DNA from: Octopus sinensis
Lineage: Eukaryota
Direction: 5' to 3'
DNA: 64,000 bases
NCBI RefSeq assembly: GCF_006345805.1
Contig: NC_043006.1
Location: 80,352,001 to 80,416,000 of the forward strand
Part shown: one piece after another, positions 22,901 through 36,803 of the stretch
How the letters are laid out: each line of letters begins with the position of its first letter
Numbering within the stretch: the first letter of the stretch is position 1
The notes under the pieces: generated by a model
Told to the model about the DNA's origin: nothing
Seen by the model: only the letters and a program-made list of their open reading frames with translations
Databases searched by the model: none
Program-made: the position numbers and the translations under genes

Positions 22901-23649
22901 ACTGGCTGCCGGCAACCCGGATATACCTCATTAGTACCAGCCACCCTTAGCACCACCTGCACCAAGGTCACCGTTGCAAATAACCCACCCATTAACAAAT
23001 CACCAATCCCTAACACTTTCCCATTCCTTTCTACCCGCATATTCTCACCCCTTGGACATCACCCATTGTACATGAACACACGAGTGCATGTGGGTATGTA
23101 TACGCATGGATGTGCGTGCGCGCGTGTGCGTGCGCGCGTGCGCGTGTGCTCGGTGCAAATGTACATGGCAATAAAGCTGTGCACGCGTACATGTGTGTGT
23201 CCGTGTACGTGTGTATATTTGTGCGTGCGTGTGTGTATACATGTGAATGTGTGTGCCTTCGCTTGTGTGTGTGTGTCTGTGTGTGCCTTCGCTTGTGTGT
23301 GTGTCTGTGTGTGTATGTGTGTGTGTGCGTGCGCGCATGCGAATGTGTGAATGTACATCTAAGCATACATACACACCCGTATAAGTTCTGATGCATACAC
23401 GCAGATGTATGGGCATATATACATGTATACCCCACGTCTACCACCCATTCCTAGTTCCCCTAACCACGTCGCTTAAATACTAAAATACCGATATTAATAC
23501 TGCGTGACCTTTCTTGACCAAATGCAGGTTAACGTGCCGTAATAAACATTGATTCCCTTCAATCGGTCTCTCATTCTGACTCCAATGGCCGAAAACTAAC
23601 CACTCGCTTGAAACTCAGAGTAGTAAGTTATCGGAATCAAACTGTTTTG

Positions 23650-23698
<49 letters not shown>

Positions 23699-23702
23699 AA
23701 TA

Positions 23703-24014
23703 TCGCCTGCTAGTGAAATTAACGTGCAAGTGGCTGAGTACTCCACAGACACGTGTGCCCTTAACGTAGTTCTCGAGGAGATTCAGCGTGACACAAAGCG
23801 TGACGAGGCTGGCCCTTTGAAATACAGGAACAACAGAAGCAAGTAGAAAGAGTGAGAGAAAATTGTTGTGAAAGAGTACAGCAGGGTTCGCCAACCGCCA
23901 CTGCCGGAGCCACGTGGAGTTTTAGGTGTTTTCGCTTAATAAACACTCACAACGCACGGTCTGGGAATCGAAACCGCGAGTCCTCCGCCCTAACCACTGG
24001 GCCATTGTGCCTCC
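23703..24014 (-). mobile_element. tRNA-derived SINE family B
   Basis: Reverse complement of 27630-28006. Confidence 0.88.
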
Positions 24015-24123
24015 ACTACACACACGCGCACACACACACGCACACACACACACACGTACACACACACATACATACATATATATATGTGTGTGTGTTTGTG
24101 TGTGTATGTTTGTATGTATCTAT

Positions 24124-24540
24124 GTGGGAGTGGCTGTGAGTTAAGTAGTTTGCTTACCAACCACATGGTTCTGGGATCAGTCCCACTGCGTGGCACCTTG
24201 GGTAAGTAGTATTTGCTATAGCCTCGGGCCAACCAAAGCTTTGTGAGTAGATTGATAGACGGAAACTGAAAGAAGCCCGTCGTATATATGCATATGTGTG
24301 TGTGTGTTTGTGTGTGTGTGTGTATTTGTGTTTGTGTGTCTGTGTTTGTCCCTCCGACATCGCTTGACAACCGATGCTGGTGTGTTTACGTCCCTGTAAC
24401 TTAGCGGTTCAGCAAAAGTGACCCAAATAATAAGTACTAGGCTTAAAAAGAATAAGTCCCGGGGTCGATATGCTCGACTAAAGGCGGTGCTCCAGCATGG
24501 CCACAGTCAAATGACTGAAACAAGTAAAAGAGTAAAGAGT
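24124..24540 (+). mobile_element. SINE family A, near full length
   Basis: Head, internal (TG)n and tail to aagtaaaagagtaaagagt. Confidence 0.9.
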
Positions 24541-24631
24541 ATGCGTATGGGTTAATATCACTTCTTCGATGAACTATCAACATCTTTCTGTTAATTTTGG
24601 GAGAAGTTTTATTCCTTTTAATTTTGATCGA

Positions 24632-24634
<3 letters not shown>

Positions 24635-24671
<37 letters not shown>

Positions 24672-24727
24672 ATCATCATCATCATCATCACTTTCATCAT
24701 CATCATCACCTGAATAAAGCGTAATTC

Positions 24728-24765
<38 letters not shown>

Positions 24766-24874
24766 GTCATCATCATCATCATCATCACCATCATCAACAT
24801 CATCATCATCATCATCATCATCATCACATCATCATCATCATCGTCGTCATCATCATCATCATCATCATCAACAA

Positions 24875-24905
<31 letters not shown>

Positions 24906-25154
24906 GTCGTCATCATCATCATCATCATCAACATCATCATCATCATCATCATCATCATCGTCACCATCATCATCATCGTCGTCATCATCATCATCATCAT
25001 CATCATCATCAACATCATCATCATCATCATCATCATCATCGTCGTCACCATCATCAATCAAAATCGTCACCATCAAATCATCATCCTCATCATCATCATC
25101 ATCAATCATCATCATCATCATCATCGTCATCATCATCATCATCACCATCATCAA

Positions 25155-25194
<40 letters not shown>

Positions 25195-25220
25195 GTCATC
25201 ATCATCATCATCATCATCAA

Positions 25221-25254
<34 letters not shown>

Positions 25255-25550
25255 GTCGTCATCATCATCATCATCATCAACATCATCATCATCATCATCA
25301 TCATCATCGTCACCATCATCATCATCATCATCATCATCAACATCATCATCCTCATCATGAGTAGCAGCACGAAATAACACTAACATCAGTATCGCATACG
25401 TGACCATTACCATTGCCATCGTCATCATCATCACCACCACCACCAACACCACCACCACCCCACCACCACTACCACCACTACCACCACCATCATCATCATC
25501 ATCATCATCATGAGTAGCAGCACGAAATAACACTAACACACGTGATCATT
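24635..25550. repeat. (GAT)n/(CAT)n trinucleotide array of about 0.9 kb with periodic variant triplets
   Basis: CAT array with recurring CGT, CAC and CAA interruptions; block atgagtagcagcacgaaataacactaaca duplicated at about 25357 and 25510. Confidence 0.95.
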
Positions 25551-25848
25551 ACCATCGCCATCGTCATCATCTCGCCTTCAACCAAACTCCGTACCTCACT
25601 CGCTCCCACAACATATCACCAGCATTTCGCCACGATCACTATTATGTTTTACTGACGTCAACATCATCTTCATCACATTCCCCCATCCTCCTCAGGCGTT
25701 TCTTTCATTACCAGTAAACATTTCATGTCATCACCTCCACCATCGCCATCACTATCGCAGTACCGCCGCACCCGCCACTATTCTACATTAGCGCAATCAT
25801 TTAGAACCAACAACACTACCATCACCACTCTCATCGGACATGTGCGTG

Positions 25849-25947
<99 letters not shown>

Positions 25948-26214
25948 ATGTGTGTTTGTGTGTTTGTGTGTGTGTGTCTCTGCATGTATGCGTATATATG
26001 TGTATGTGTGTGTGAGCCAATATACACACCATATATATATATATATATATATATGTATAATATATGTGTGAATATGTATATATTATTTTATATACCTGTG
26101 TATTTTTATACATACATACACACACACATATATATATATATACACATTATATATATATATCAAAATATATATATATTATATAAATATATATATATAATAT
26201 ATAGTATATAATGT

Positions 26215-26255
<41 letters not shown>

Positions 26256-26311
26256 GTGTATAGGTATGTAAAGTATACATGTATAAACACACACACACAC
26301 ATATACATATA

Positions 26312-26348
<37 letters not shown>

Positions 26349-26400
26349 ATGTATATATATAGAGAGAGAGAAAGAGAGAGAGAGAGAGTTGCTTGTATAT

Positions 26401-26433
<33 letters not shown>

Positions 26434-26852
26434 TTATACATGGAATAAGTATAACTTTTATACGTTTGTATCTGTGCGTGTGTGTTGTCCTTAATTGTTT
26501 ATGAGTTTGTGCATGTCTTTCCATCTAACGTACCCCACATCTAAAATGTCACAATCATTAAATATCACAAACGAGTTATATTTGTTTTTTTTTCAGTTCC
26601 TTTCTCTTATTTCTTCTTTAAAACACCCCCACCCTCCCTCAGAAGAGTTGAATTCTCAATTTATGGTTAAGAATACGTACAACCTTATTCTTAATCTTGC
26701 AGTTATCTTCTTCATAACACGCAGCTTTATACACAAAAATGTTATAGAACATAAAGCTTCATTTCGAAATAACACCCTCACACCTGAAGAAAACTTTTAA
26801 ATAAATGCTGTAAACAAACCATTGTGAATCAATAAAGAAATTGATAACTTAC

Positions 26853-27010
26853 GTGGTAGGAACCTATTTCAAAGCTTCATAACACTCGTAAAATTAAGGA
26901 AAAAAAAATCCGTAAAGTACGTTTGATATGTTGTTCGTTGTTTTACATTGTCTGTATACCAGGGATGTAAACAAGTTTCTGGCTGCTGAAATCACAAATC
27001 CTATTCCTGA
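26853..27010 (-). other. Putative non-coding 5' exon of GPCR copy 1 (5' boundary uncertain)
   Basis: Ends ...ggttcctaccac|GTAAGT (donor 26852-26847); homologous to 56502-56660. Confidence 0.6.
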
Positions 27011-27571
27011 ATCTTTCTTCTTAAATTACTAATGTGTAGCAATAAATAAGATAAAAAGGAAATAATGATAAAAAGGAAAAGGTGTCAGTCAAGGACACTA
27101 TTCGTTACGTCATGTTTGACCACAGAAACTATATTTCTCATCAGTGTTGGTCCTATTTTATTTTCTGTTTATTATTAGATAATGGATACATTCTTTAGCA
27201 ATCAAGGTAAATTAGTTTATATTACTGTTGATTGCCCTGTTAATTATAGAGCTTACCACATGTACGTTTAGGTACATATGTTATTGCACTACAATTTTCT
27301 GTATTCAGGTTAATTTCTGTGAATTGGATGCTAGTACTTGATTATACATAGTTTGTCATTAAAGTATGATTTATATATTTTCAGTTAGTCTATGTTTATT
27401 CTACATAACAGGTGGGGAATTAGCGGAATCGTTAGAGCGTCGTACAGAATACTTTGCGTTATCTACCTACTTGAGTTCAACTCCTGCTTGGACACAACGT
27501 TGGTTCTTTTTTTTTTTTTTGTATTCTTCCAAAATCGATAAATAAAACGCCAATCTTTTGCTATCCTTTAA

Positions 27572-27603
<32 letters not shown>

Positions 27604-27629
27604 ATTTACCTATCTAATTATGTATTTGT

Positions 27630-28006
27630 GGAGGCGCAATGGCCCAGTGGTTAGGGCAGCGGACTCGCGGTCATAGGATCGCGGTTCGATTCCCAGACCG
27701 GGCGTTGTGAGTGTTTATTGAGCGAAAACACCTAAAGTTCCACGAGGCTCCGGCAGGGGATGGTGGTGATCCCTGCTGTACTCTTTCACCACAACTTTCT
27801 CTCACTCTTACTTCCTGTTTCTGTTGTACCTGTATTTCAAAGGGCCGGCCTTGTCACTCTCTGTGTCACGCTGAATATCCCCGAGAACTACGTTAAGGGT
27901 ACACGTGTCTGTGGAGTGCTCAGCCACTTACACGTTAATTTCACGAGCAGGCTCTTCCGTTGATTCGGATCAACCGGAACCCTCGTCGTCGTAACCGACG
28001 GAGTGC
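27630..28006 (+). mobile_element. tRNA-derived SINE family B, full length
   Basis: A box TGGCCCAGTGG (27640-27650), B box GGTTCGATTCC (27683-27693), about 300-bp body. Confidence 0.92.
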
Positions 28007-29464
28007 TCCCCCCATATGTATTTACTTTCATCTGCCGAAATTCGTTACGTTTCTCCGTGTGATGCTCTTGGTGTGATGTCTCTTTGACTAAAATCGGGGA
28101 CGGGCTGAGCAAGGTGATAAAATGTAATAGTAATCTCTTATATAAAAACTGCTACTGAAAAATTACTTGACTGAATTGTTCCTTGTTTTTGCGTGCTCGT
28201 AATTCCAAAAGCAGTGTATTATCGGACGTCCGCTCTGTGATTCTTGCAATACTCTAGGGTTGTGATAATGAAACAATATTCATGTCTGTCGTTGTGCTAA
28301 ACCGTCTGGCGGTGTTTAACAAACATGCATCGCAATCGCAATCTGAACATAACGAAAATATAAACTAACTCACTTACTTAGATGCGTATGACTATGAAAA
28401 TGCTATGTGCATTTCCATGTTAAATGTTTTCATTATAGACTCGAACCTCTGACGGCCTCTCATCACCATTGTGACAACTGGATCAATGATCACCCGAATT
28501 AAGAACGAATCATGTAATTCAGCCATAGCACAATTATTTCATTCCAATCAATTTCAATCCAATGAAAATTTGATGTAAATTGTCGTATCCTTGGTGACAC
28601 TATCTTTTTCATTTTCAGTCAATTTCTTTATTAACCATGAGGTTGAGAAAAAGAGGAGACGATACGAGGACAGACAAAACAAACATTGGGGTCAGGGTAT
28701 CGAATGAGACGAAACGTATGAATAAATAAACAATTAAAATATATGCAATTAAATGAGAATGAGTGATTTACAAAAAAATGAAGCGGAGGACGCGGTTGAC
28801 CCCACAAACCACATACTCACACTGAAGACTTTGCTTTTTCAGTCAGTGTGTCAAGGACAACAAGATCATATTCAAACGTGGAAGTGTGTGATTGGAAGGA
28901 TATTTCGTTGCTATATCTAGGGTGTATATGTGTAAGTAACCTTGTTGGCTTGACCTCTTCTATTGGTCAATGAATTAGAACAAGGATTATGATATTTGCA
29001 CGCTATATATACGATAACTGTTATTTTAGTAATCTGTTTTAGTAACTATTTTAGTAATTTTGATTAAGTTTGCAAGTATTATTCAGTTAAGCGTTGAACC
29101 AACAAAAACTTTGAACAATTTCGAAACAGACAAAACGGTAACAACACAGCAAAAAATTTCTTGAAGATACATATTTTTAATTCTCTGTCACTTATTTCAT
29201 AATTTCATTTCGCTAAATCTGAAACAAAGTGAACTACTATTCTAAACTGGCCCAGTTAACGTTAAAATTGTTTACATTAACCATAACCAAGATAGTGACC
29301 TTGGTTAGTCTTATCTTTTCGCGATAGGAATCAGCGGAGTTGTGTAATTAATGAAAACTTAGCTGTTTTTTTTTGTTTTTTTTTTTTAAGCAAATAAACT
29401 CTAACATGAATTTTTTAATGTGGCTGGTTACAAAATCCAATAGGTTATAGAACGTAGAAATAAT

Positions 29465-29696
29465 ACCTATTTCTTTACTACTCACAAGGGGCGAAACACA
29501 GAGGGGACAAACAAGGACAGACAAACGGATTAAGTCGATTATATCGACCCCAGTGCGTAACTGGTACTTATTTAATCGACTCCGAAAGGATGAAAGGCAA
29601 AGTCGACCTCGGCGGAAATTGAACTCAGAACGTAGTGGCAGACGAAATACGGCAAAGCATTTCACCCGGCGTGCTAACGTTTCTGCCAACTCGCCG
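29465..29696 (-). mobile_element. SINE family D
   Basis: Near-identical to 5823-6060; older copies at 35300-35515(-), 35676-35905(+) and 59200-59410(+). Confidence 0.88.
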
Positions 29697-30065
29697 AAAT
29701 AATACCAGCAACAGCTCCACCATCACGACCAGTCTCATCACCTTCAGCAGCATCATTAATCACCGCTGCCAACTACCGCCACCGCCACCAACACCGCCAC
29801 CCCACCACCACCGCCGCCACCGCCGCCACTGCCACTCACCACCCACCACCAACCACCACCAGTACCAACACCAGCCTCACCTTTACATGATATTAGTAAA
29901 GTAAATGTTATTTTCATTTGGTGTCTTTGAGGGCAACTATATGTATATATAAGCGTACACATATATACATACATACATACACACATATAAATATAAATAC
30001 ATATATATATATATATATGTGTGTGTATGTATGTATGTATGTATGTATGTATGTATGTATGTATG

Positions 30066-30147
<82 letters not shown>

Positions 30148-30711
30148 TACATGTATGCGTGTATATCGCTTTTCCTTGTTTATAAACTCCTCACCTCCAC
30201 AACGGATTGGCTTGAAGTTCTCCCAGAATTCTTTCTATCTCCCTCTTGATCTGATCGTTGCTCCTTTCACCTACTAATGTTACCACCTCCGTTACTTCGC
30301 CTCTCTTATTCTTCAGTTACACAAAATCATTTCCCTCACTAGCCATTCCCTAACTATTTTTTCCTTCCTATAGTATTTTCCTCTTCTTTCTTTCATGTGT
30401 TATAATTACTTCCCTCTCTCTGAACTAATAGTATTACCAGAAATAGAAAACTACTCTATTCGTTTGCACTAGATTTTCATGTCACATCCTATCGACGCGT
30501 GTTTGTGAGTATTTGTATATACACAAATACATACATTAACAAGCAAACGGACACTATTATCTTAATATCTCTCACAGTTTCAAAGCCTTCTCAAGCATAA
30601 CACACAGTTTCAGAGTTGATAATGAAGTTAGGTGGAATGTCTTCCAAAATACAATCTTCGTCATGCTCTCTTTATACTACTACACATAACAAGGATTAAT
30701 ACTCTAATACT

Positions 30712-31033
30712 GGTTAGAGCGTCGAGTTTACGATCGTGAGGTTGTGAGCTCGAATCCCGGACCGGGCTGCGTGTTGTGTTCTTGAGCAAGGCACTTTATT
30801 TCACGTTGCTCCAGTTCACTCAGCTGTAGAAATGAGTTGCGACGTCACTGGTGCAAAGCTGTATCGACCTTTGTCTTTCCCTTGGATAACACTGGTGGCG
30901 TGGAGAGGGGAGGCTGGTATGCATGGGCGACTGCTGGTCTTCCATAAACAACCTTACCCGGACTTGTGTCTAGGAGGGTAACTTTCTAGGTGCAATCTTA
31001 TGGTCATTCATGACCGAAGGGGGTCTTTACCCT
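30712..31033 (+). mobile_element. tRNA-derived SINE family C with V/CORE-like central motif
   Basis: ggttagagcgtcg...gagctcgaatccc head, then cttgagcaaggcactttatttcacgttgctccagttcactcagctgtagaaatgag. The domain name is from recall, not a search. Confidence 0.8.
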
Positions 31034-31344
31034 TACTAGGACTAATACTTCATTACTCTAATACTAATACTTCATTTGTCTTATCTTTTCCGTAATTGAT
31101 TATATTTTAAGTAAAAATGATTTTGTATTTAGTCAAAAGGAATTATTGACATGGGTGTTGACATGGGTGAACAACAGCAGAGGATTCGGCTGTGCAAGCA
31201 ACTGGAGAGTCGTTGCCGCTTCTGCCTACAGTACATCATCTTGTAGCATTGAGAACATCTTATATATTTATATGTAGATTGACTCATACGTAGTGGTTGT
31301 CAAATCATAGAAGAGTATTACCATCACCGACAAATTATCTTGCC

Positions 31345-33064
31345 TTAGATCTTAAACACAATGGCTGCCACCAATGTATGCCATAGCATCCTGGGTCCGT
31401 TGATGCATGTATCGTGGAGAACCAATGAAGCTTGCTGGTAGGATAACTTGCTTACCAACATTGTGACATCCGTGGGTGGCAGTAGAGTTGCCTAAACCAG
31501 ATATATCACCTGAAACCCTTGAAGTCGAATATGTACGGGAGATCAATTACGACGTCGAAAAGATGGCATCGTTTGTGGCTGATAATGAACAGAAATTGAA
31601 CGAGGATCAGAAAACTGGCTTCGAATCCATTATTTCGTCCACTCATAGCGAGACTGATAATCTCTTCTTTCTCGATTCTCCAGGGGTAACCAGCAAATCA
31701 TTCATTATCAATCTTAATTTGGCGAAGCTGCGACAAAATAAACAGATAGCCCTTGCCGTGGTGTCAAGTTGAATAGCTGCAACTCCGTTAAACGGTGGAC
31801 GCACAGCTCATTCGTGCTACAAATTTCCTCTGGACCTTGCCCCCCCCCCCCAAAAAAAAAAGAGATAGCAGCCTGCAATATCAGTCGTGGCACTACAAAA
31901 GCAAACATTCTCACCGAGTATAAATTGATCATTTGGGATGAAGCGACAATGAGTCATAAGGGGGATTTTGAGGCTCTTGACAGATTACTTAAAGACCTGA
32001 GGCGCATCACAAGGCTAATGGGCAGCCTAACAGTACTCCTTGCAGGCGACTTTCGACAAACGCTCCCAGTCATTCCAAAGGGAACGAGAGCAGATGAGGT
32101 AAATGCGAGCATCAAATCTTCATACCTTTGGAGCAAGGTTAGAAAGTTGAAATTCACAACAAGCATGAAAGTGCAGTTAGATGGTAATGCGCACATGGAG
32201 AACTTCTGCAGACAATTAATGGATACTGGGAACGGTGCTGTAATTGTTGAGCAGGATCGGAAGATTAGTTTACCCTTTGGCAATTTGGTGTCAGATATAC
32301 ACGAACTATTGACGTGAATTTTCCTCAATCTGAACACACAATTCAGAGAGCATTGTTGACTGAGAAACCGTGCAATTTTGGCGCCAAAAATGTCACAGTC
32401 GATGGCGTAAACAGTCATCTTCTGGAACATGTGCCTAACAATCGTGGGATATAAAAGTCAATTGATATTGTGCTCCACACCAATGACGATATTCATTACT
32501 CCGCCGAATTTCTCAGTAGCCTTGCTCCTTCAGGTATACCACCGCATAAATTGCATCTAAATGTTGGAGACCCAGTTATGCTTTTAAGAAACCTCGACCA
32601 CCTCCACAATTTATGCAATGGCACAAGACTTATTATCAAAAGATTGATGCAGACAGTATTGGAGGTAACAATACTCACTGGAAAAGCAAGTGGTGAAGAT
32701 GTTTTCATTCCAAAGACTCCCCTGATTTCTTCCGACACAAATTAATTTCAAATGGCTACAATTCGAACTGAGATTAAGCTTTGCAATGAGCATCAACAAG
32801 GCACAAGGACAGACATTGGAAGTGGTAGGCCTTAATCTTGCAGAACTTGCTCTTTCTCACGGACAGTTCTATGTGTTGGAAATCTGGAAAATTTATTCAT
32901 CTATGCACCCAACGGCAAAACCCAAAACATTGTGTATCACGTAGCGGCACCTTTTGTAACTGTTATAACGAAATTGCTTTGTTATAATAAGGCTTTTCAA
33001 TAAGGCATTTAAATAGAATATCTTTATCCTCCCAATGCGGGAGTTACCGGGTACACCAGCTAGT
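31345..33064 (+). mobile_element. Degenerate Helitron (Rep fragment, PIF1-like helicase, 3' end)
   Basis: FFLDSPGVTSKSF (Walker A remnant), LIIWDEATM, LLAGDFRQTLPVIP, PPHKLHLNVG, CNGTRL; ends gggtacaccagCTAG|T at 33064. Multiple frameshifts. Confidence 0.92.
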
Positions 33065-33073
33065 ATATATATG

Positions 33074-33160
<87 letters not shown>

Positions 33161-33348
33161 ATAATAATAATAATAATAATATTAGGGAGTATATCCAAAC
33201 TTACAAAATTTAAATTTAATAATTTAAATTTAAATTTTATATTTATATATATATTATATATTATATTACTTATATTTATTTTTTGTTTTTTATGTTTTGG
33301 TTTATGTCTATCACTGTTTGAGTTGCCTAATAGTGGTTTTATCTCTAA

Positions 33349-33491
<143 letters not shown>

Positions 33492-33857
33492 TCATTGAAA
33501 TGTGTATAATCATCATCCCTTCTAGTGTTGTCGGGACAATTCAACCCCATAGGAATTATTAAATACATCTTCAATAATTTCAAACTTCCTTTAATTATAC
33601 TAGCATAAACATTTCGTTATTGTTGACTCCGAATGTGATTGTAACGAAATATAACTTTTGGTACGTTTTAGACATCAAGAATTATATGTTTCTATACACA
33701 TACACGCGTGCTCGTGCAATGCATGATGTACATTCGATTGCATTCAAGTAATTAAATTTGTGAGAAACCAACATTTTGTTACAAAGTTGTATGTTACAGA
33801 TAATTTAACATGTATTTGATAAAATAAATGCATATTCACTTACTCAGGCACACGCAT

Positions 33858-33893
<36 letters not shown>

Positions 33894-36803
33894 ACATATA
33901 CGCATAACCACACACTAACACACACACTCACACAAATGCACACACACCTATATGTGTATATACTTACACACACACATATATATATGTGTTTGCGTGTTCG
34001 AATGTGGCAGTATATAGGAGAATAACTACAAATGAAAAAAACAAAACTTTTGAATCATTACCTTAAAGATGTTTAATAATCTTGATAGAATAACTCTTTC
34101 CAAATGTACACGAAGACAAAATAAAGAGAGAAAATAATTGTCAGCTTGAGTTAGCCTCGCGGCGTTGTGTGAACAAAATTCAAAGAAAGCATGTGTTGAG
34201 TTGTAAAATTGCAAAAGTTTGCGTTCAATCTGTGTCCAATATGCTGTTAGCTTAAGTATGCTGCTATGACATAGAGAAAAGTTATTGGTTTTAAGTACAG
34301 GTACGCACGATGATCAACCAAATTTGCTAAAGTAGCCAGTGAATGTTATCCAATTCGTGTAGGTTATTAATAATTTGTATATGCTCTTTTCATTTCCAAA
34401 TTACTTATGCGACTTTGATGCTGATAGCAATGTCCATTTTCCCGTGGCTATATGTGTTGCAGTGATTTTTGAAGGATATGCCCATGTGGGGAAGCGCTTT
34501 TGTATTCGAATATAGAAGCTCCTGAACTATACGTCCGGGATAGTAGATATTTCATTTAGTGAAATGGATCTCGCATGCGTGTATCGTGAATGGTGAAATT
34601 GGCCGCCACATTTAAGTCTCTCTGGTCGAAAAAATGTCTTTTTGTTAGTAATTTCTGCAGGAAAGTTTCTGATTAAGTAAGCCAATTTTATATCTACCCA
34701 TTTTCAGCTGATAGCCTTGTAGATTTAAAAATCAATTTCCAAATTATCAGAAGATTCAAAATCATAACAGGTTAAAATAAGGAATCAGTTACATTTTGGA
34801 CGCTAAAATCTTGGGGAGAATTTGTGGAAGATGCTGACTTTTTGTGTTAATGAAATCAGCCAATCAGTGTAGTTTAGATAATTCTACCATTAATAAGACT
34901 GGTTAACGTTTTGCTTTTTAAATCAAAATGATTTGTTTACTCCTCAGATTTCAAATATTTCATTTTGTGGCTTTGGTAACCGCCCTTATCTCTATGTTAT
35001 GGCATTTTTCCAGAATTTTTTGACAAAGGAGGTATTTGTATTTAATTCGAACGTGTAGGTTGTGGATAGTGCTACCAATGTGAAATCTCCATATTTATGA
35101 GAAATATAATACGAAGGCACATAACACATATGCACATTGCGAATGGGTTAGTAGGCTAACTTACAAATGTTGCTGCTGTGTTGGAGGCGCTTACTAGAGA
35201 AGGGTTTTCTCGGGAAAATTCAGTATGTACTAGCTATATATCCAACCTTCATTGTAGAGAGCTGATAGGAAGTGATTGTAGGACGTCTAAAGAACCATGT
35301 TATGATACTGGTTTCAAATTTTGGCTCAAGGCCAGCAATTTCAGGAGCGGAGCAAGTCAATTACATCGACCCCAGTGTTCAACTGTTACTTATTTTATCG
35401 ACTCAGAAAGGATGAAAGATAAAGTTGACCTCGGCAGAGTTTGAACTCAGAACGTAAACACAGACAAAATGCCGTTAAGCATTTTGCCCGGCGTGCCCAC
35501 GGATTTCCAGCTGGTTGCTTAAAATATCTGGCTAATACCATAAGAAACTTTTCTTTAACTTGAGAATCTAGAGTGTTTTAAAGGTAACCATAGCTAACTT
35601 CAAGATATTTGCAATGATGTTTTAGCTATTTTGGATAAGAAACTTTTCTTGAACTTGAGTACCATAACATACAAGAAGGCGGCTAACCAGCAGAATCGTT
35701 AAAACATCGGGCAAAAACTTAGCAGCATTTCGTTAGTCTTTACATTTTGGGCTCAAATGCGGCCGGGGTCAACTTTGCCTTTCATTCCCTTGGGGGACAA
35801 TAAAATAATCAATAAAATAATCCATTAAACACAGGGGTCGATGCAATCTATCTAACTTCTCTCACGAAACTGCCAGCCTTGTGCCAACATTTGAAACCAA
35901 TAATATAACATAGACGAAGGTAGTGAACCGGCAGAGTATTTTCAGTATTGCCTCACGATTCGCTAGAATATCGCACACGTGATCAATAAAATCCGACCAA
36001 TCTTTAGTTTTGAAATTAATTGAAATAAAAGACAGCGTATTTCAACGAAAATTGCTAGCTTTGTGCTAAACCAATATTATCTAGACGCTCTCTAGTAAAA
36101 GATGTTGGGGAGACGTTGAATATTACCATGCTTTGGAATTTTGGGTTTTGGCAGTTTTATCATACGTAATCAGTATTAGATCTGGGAGGTAATGGGAATT
36201 TGTAGTGCAGAAATAAAACCTTGCAGGCAGTTTTCTGCTAAACGTTGATTTTCAAGGCCACCTTCTCTGTGATTTGAAATGAAAATGGAGCAGAGTGAGA
36301 GGGGGTGAGATAAAGAGAAGGGGGGAATAAGAGAGCGAGAAGGTGCGAGACAGAAAAAGAGAGATAAAGAGAAATTCATGTATCGTCAGGATATACTATT
36401 TCGAAATTAATGCGTCCACCCGTAATTGTTGGATATATTGCATATACTAATTGCCTTTTCACAAGAAAAACTCAGCACGAGAATGTCATACGTATTTGGA
36501 GAAAGTGCAGGAATAATGGATGTTAGCACATTGCTTTCTAGCTTATCCGTATTTAATGACTAGTAAGCTTGATACGCTGGGCCCATCCGTGTAGTGCGCG
36601 CGTGTGTATGTTGTGTGTGTGTATGTGTGTGTAAGTATGAATGTGATTCAACTGTTTGAATACGGGTGTACCAGCTTTGTGTTTAGCTTTCAAGCAATGC
36701 ATTTACATGATTAAGACGGTACGCGATTTGTGGACTAGATTTAACCATAGACTGAGTATTAATTTAAACCCGTAAAGTGTTTAGGATACGTTTATAAATA
36801 ATA

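Noticed and set aside
24618-25539. Poly-Asp/poly-Met ORFs resembling acidic biomineralisation proteins
   Set aside because: They arise from a (GAT)n array open in several frames, with one codon dominating, no credible signal peptide, and a position inside a putative intron.
27105-27145. Hammerhead on minus strand (CTGATGA-GAAA-tatag-TTTC)
   Set aside because: No GAAA after stem II and no stems I or III.
27630-27705. tRNA gene
   Set aside because: A and B boxes are present but there is no full cloverleaf, and it continues into a repeated SINE body; the same holds for the other SINE heads.
34200-34900. Degenerate hAT-like transposase on minus strand
   Set aside because: Only vague resemblance across many stops and frameshifts; cannot be supported without a search.
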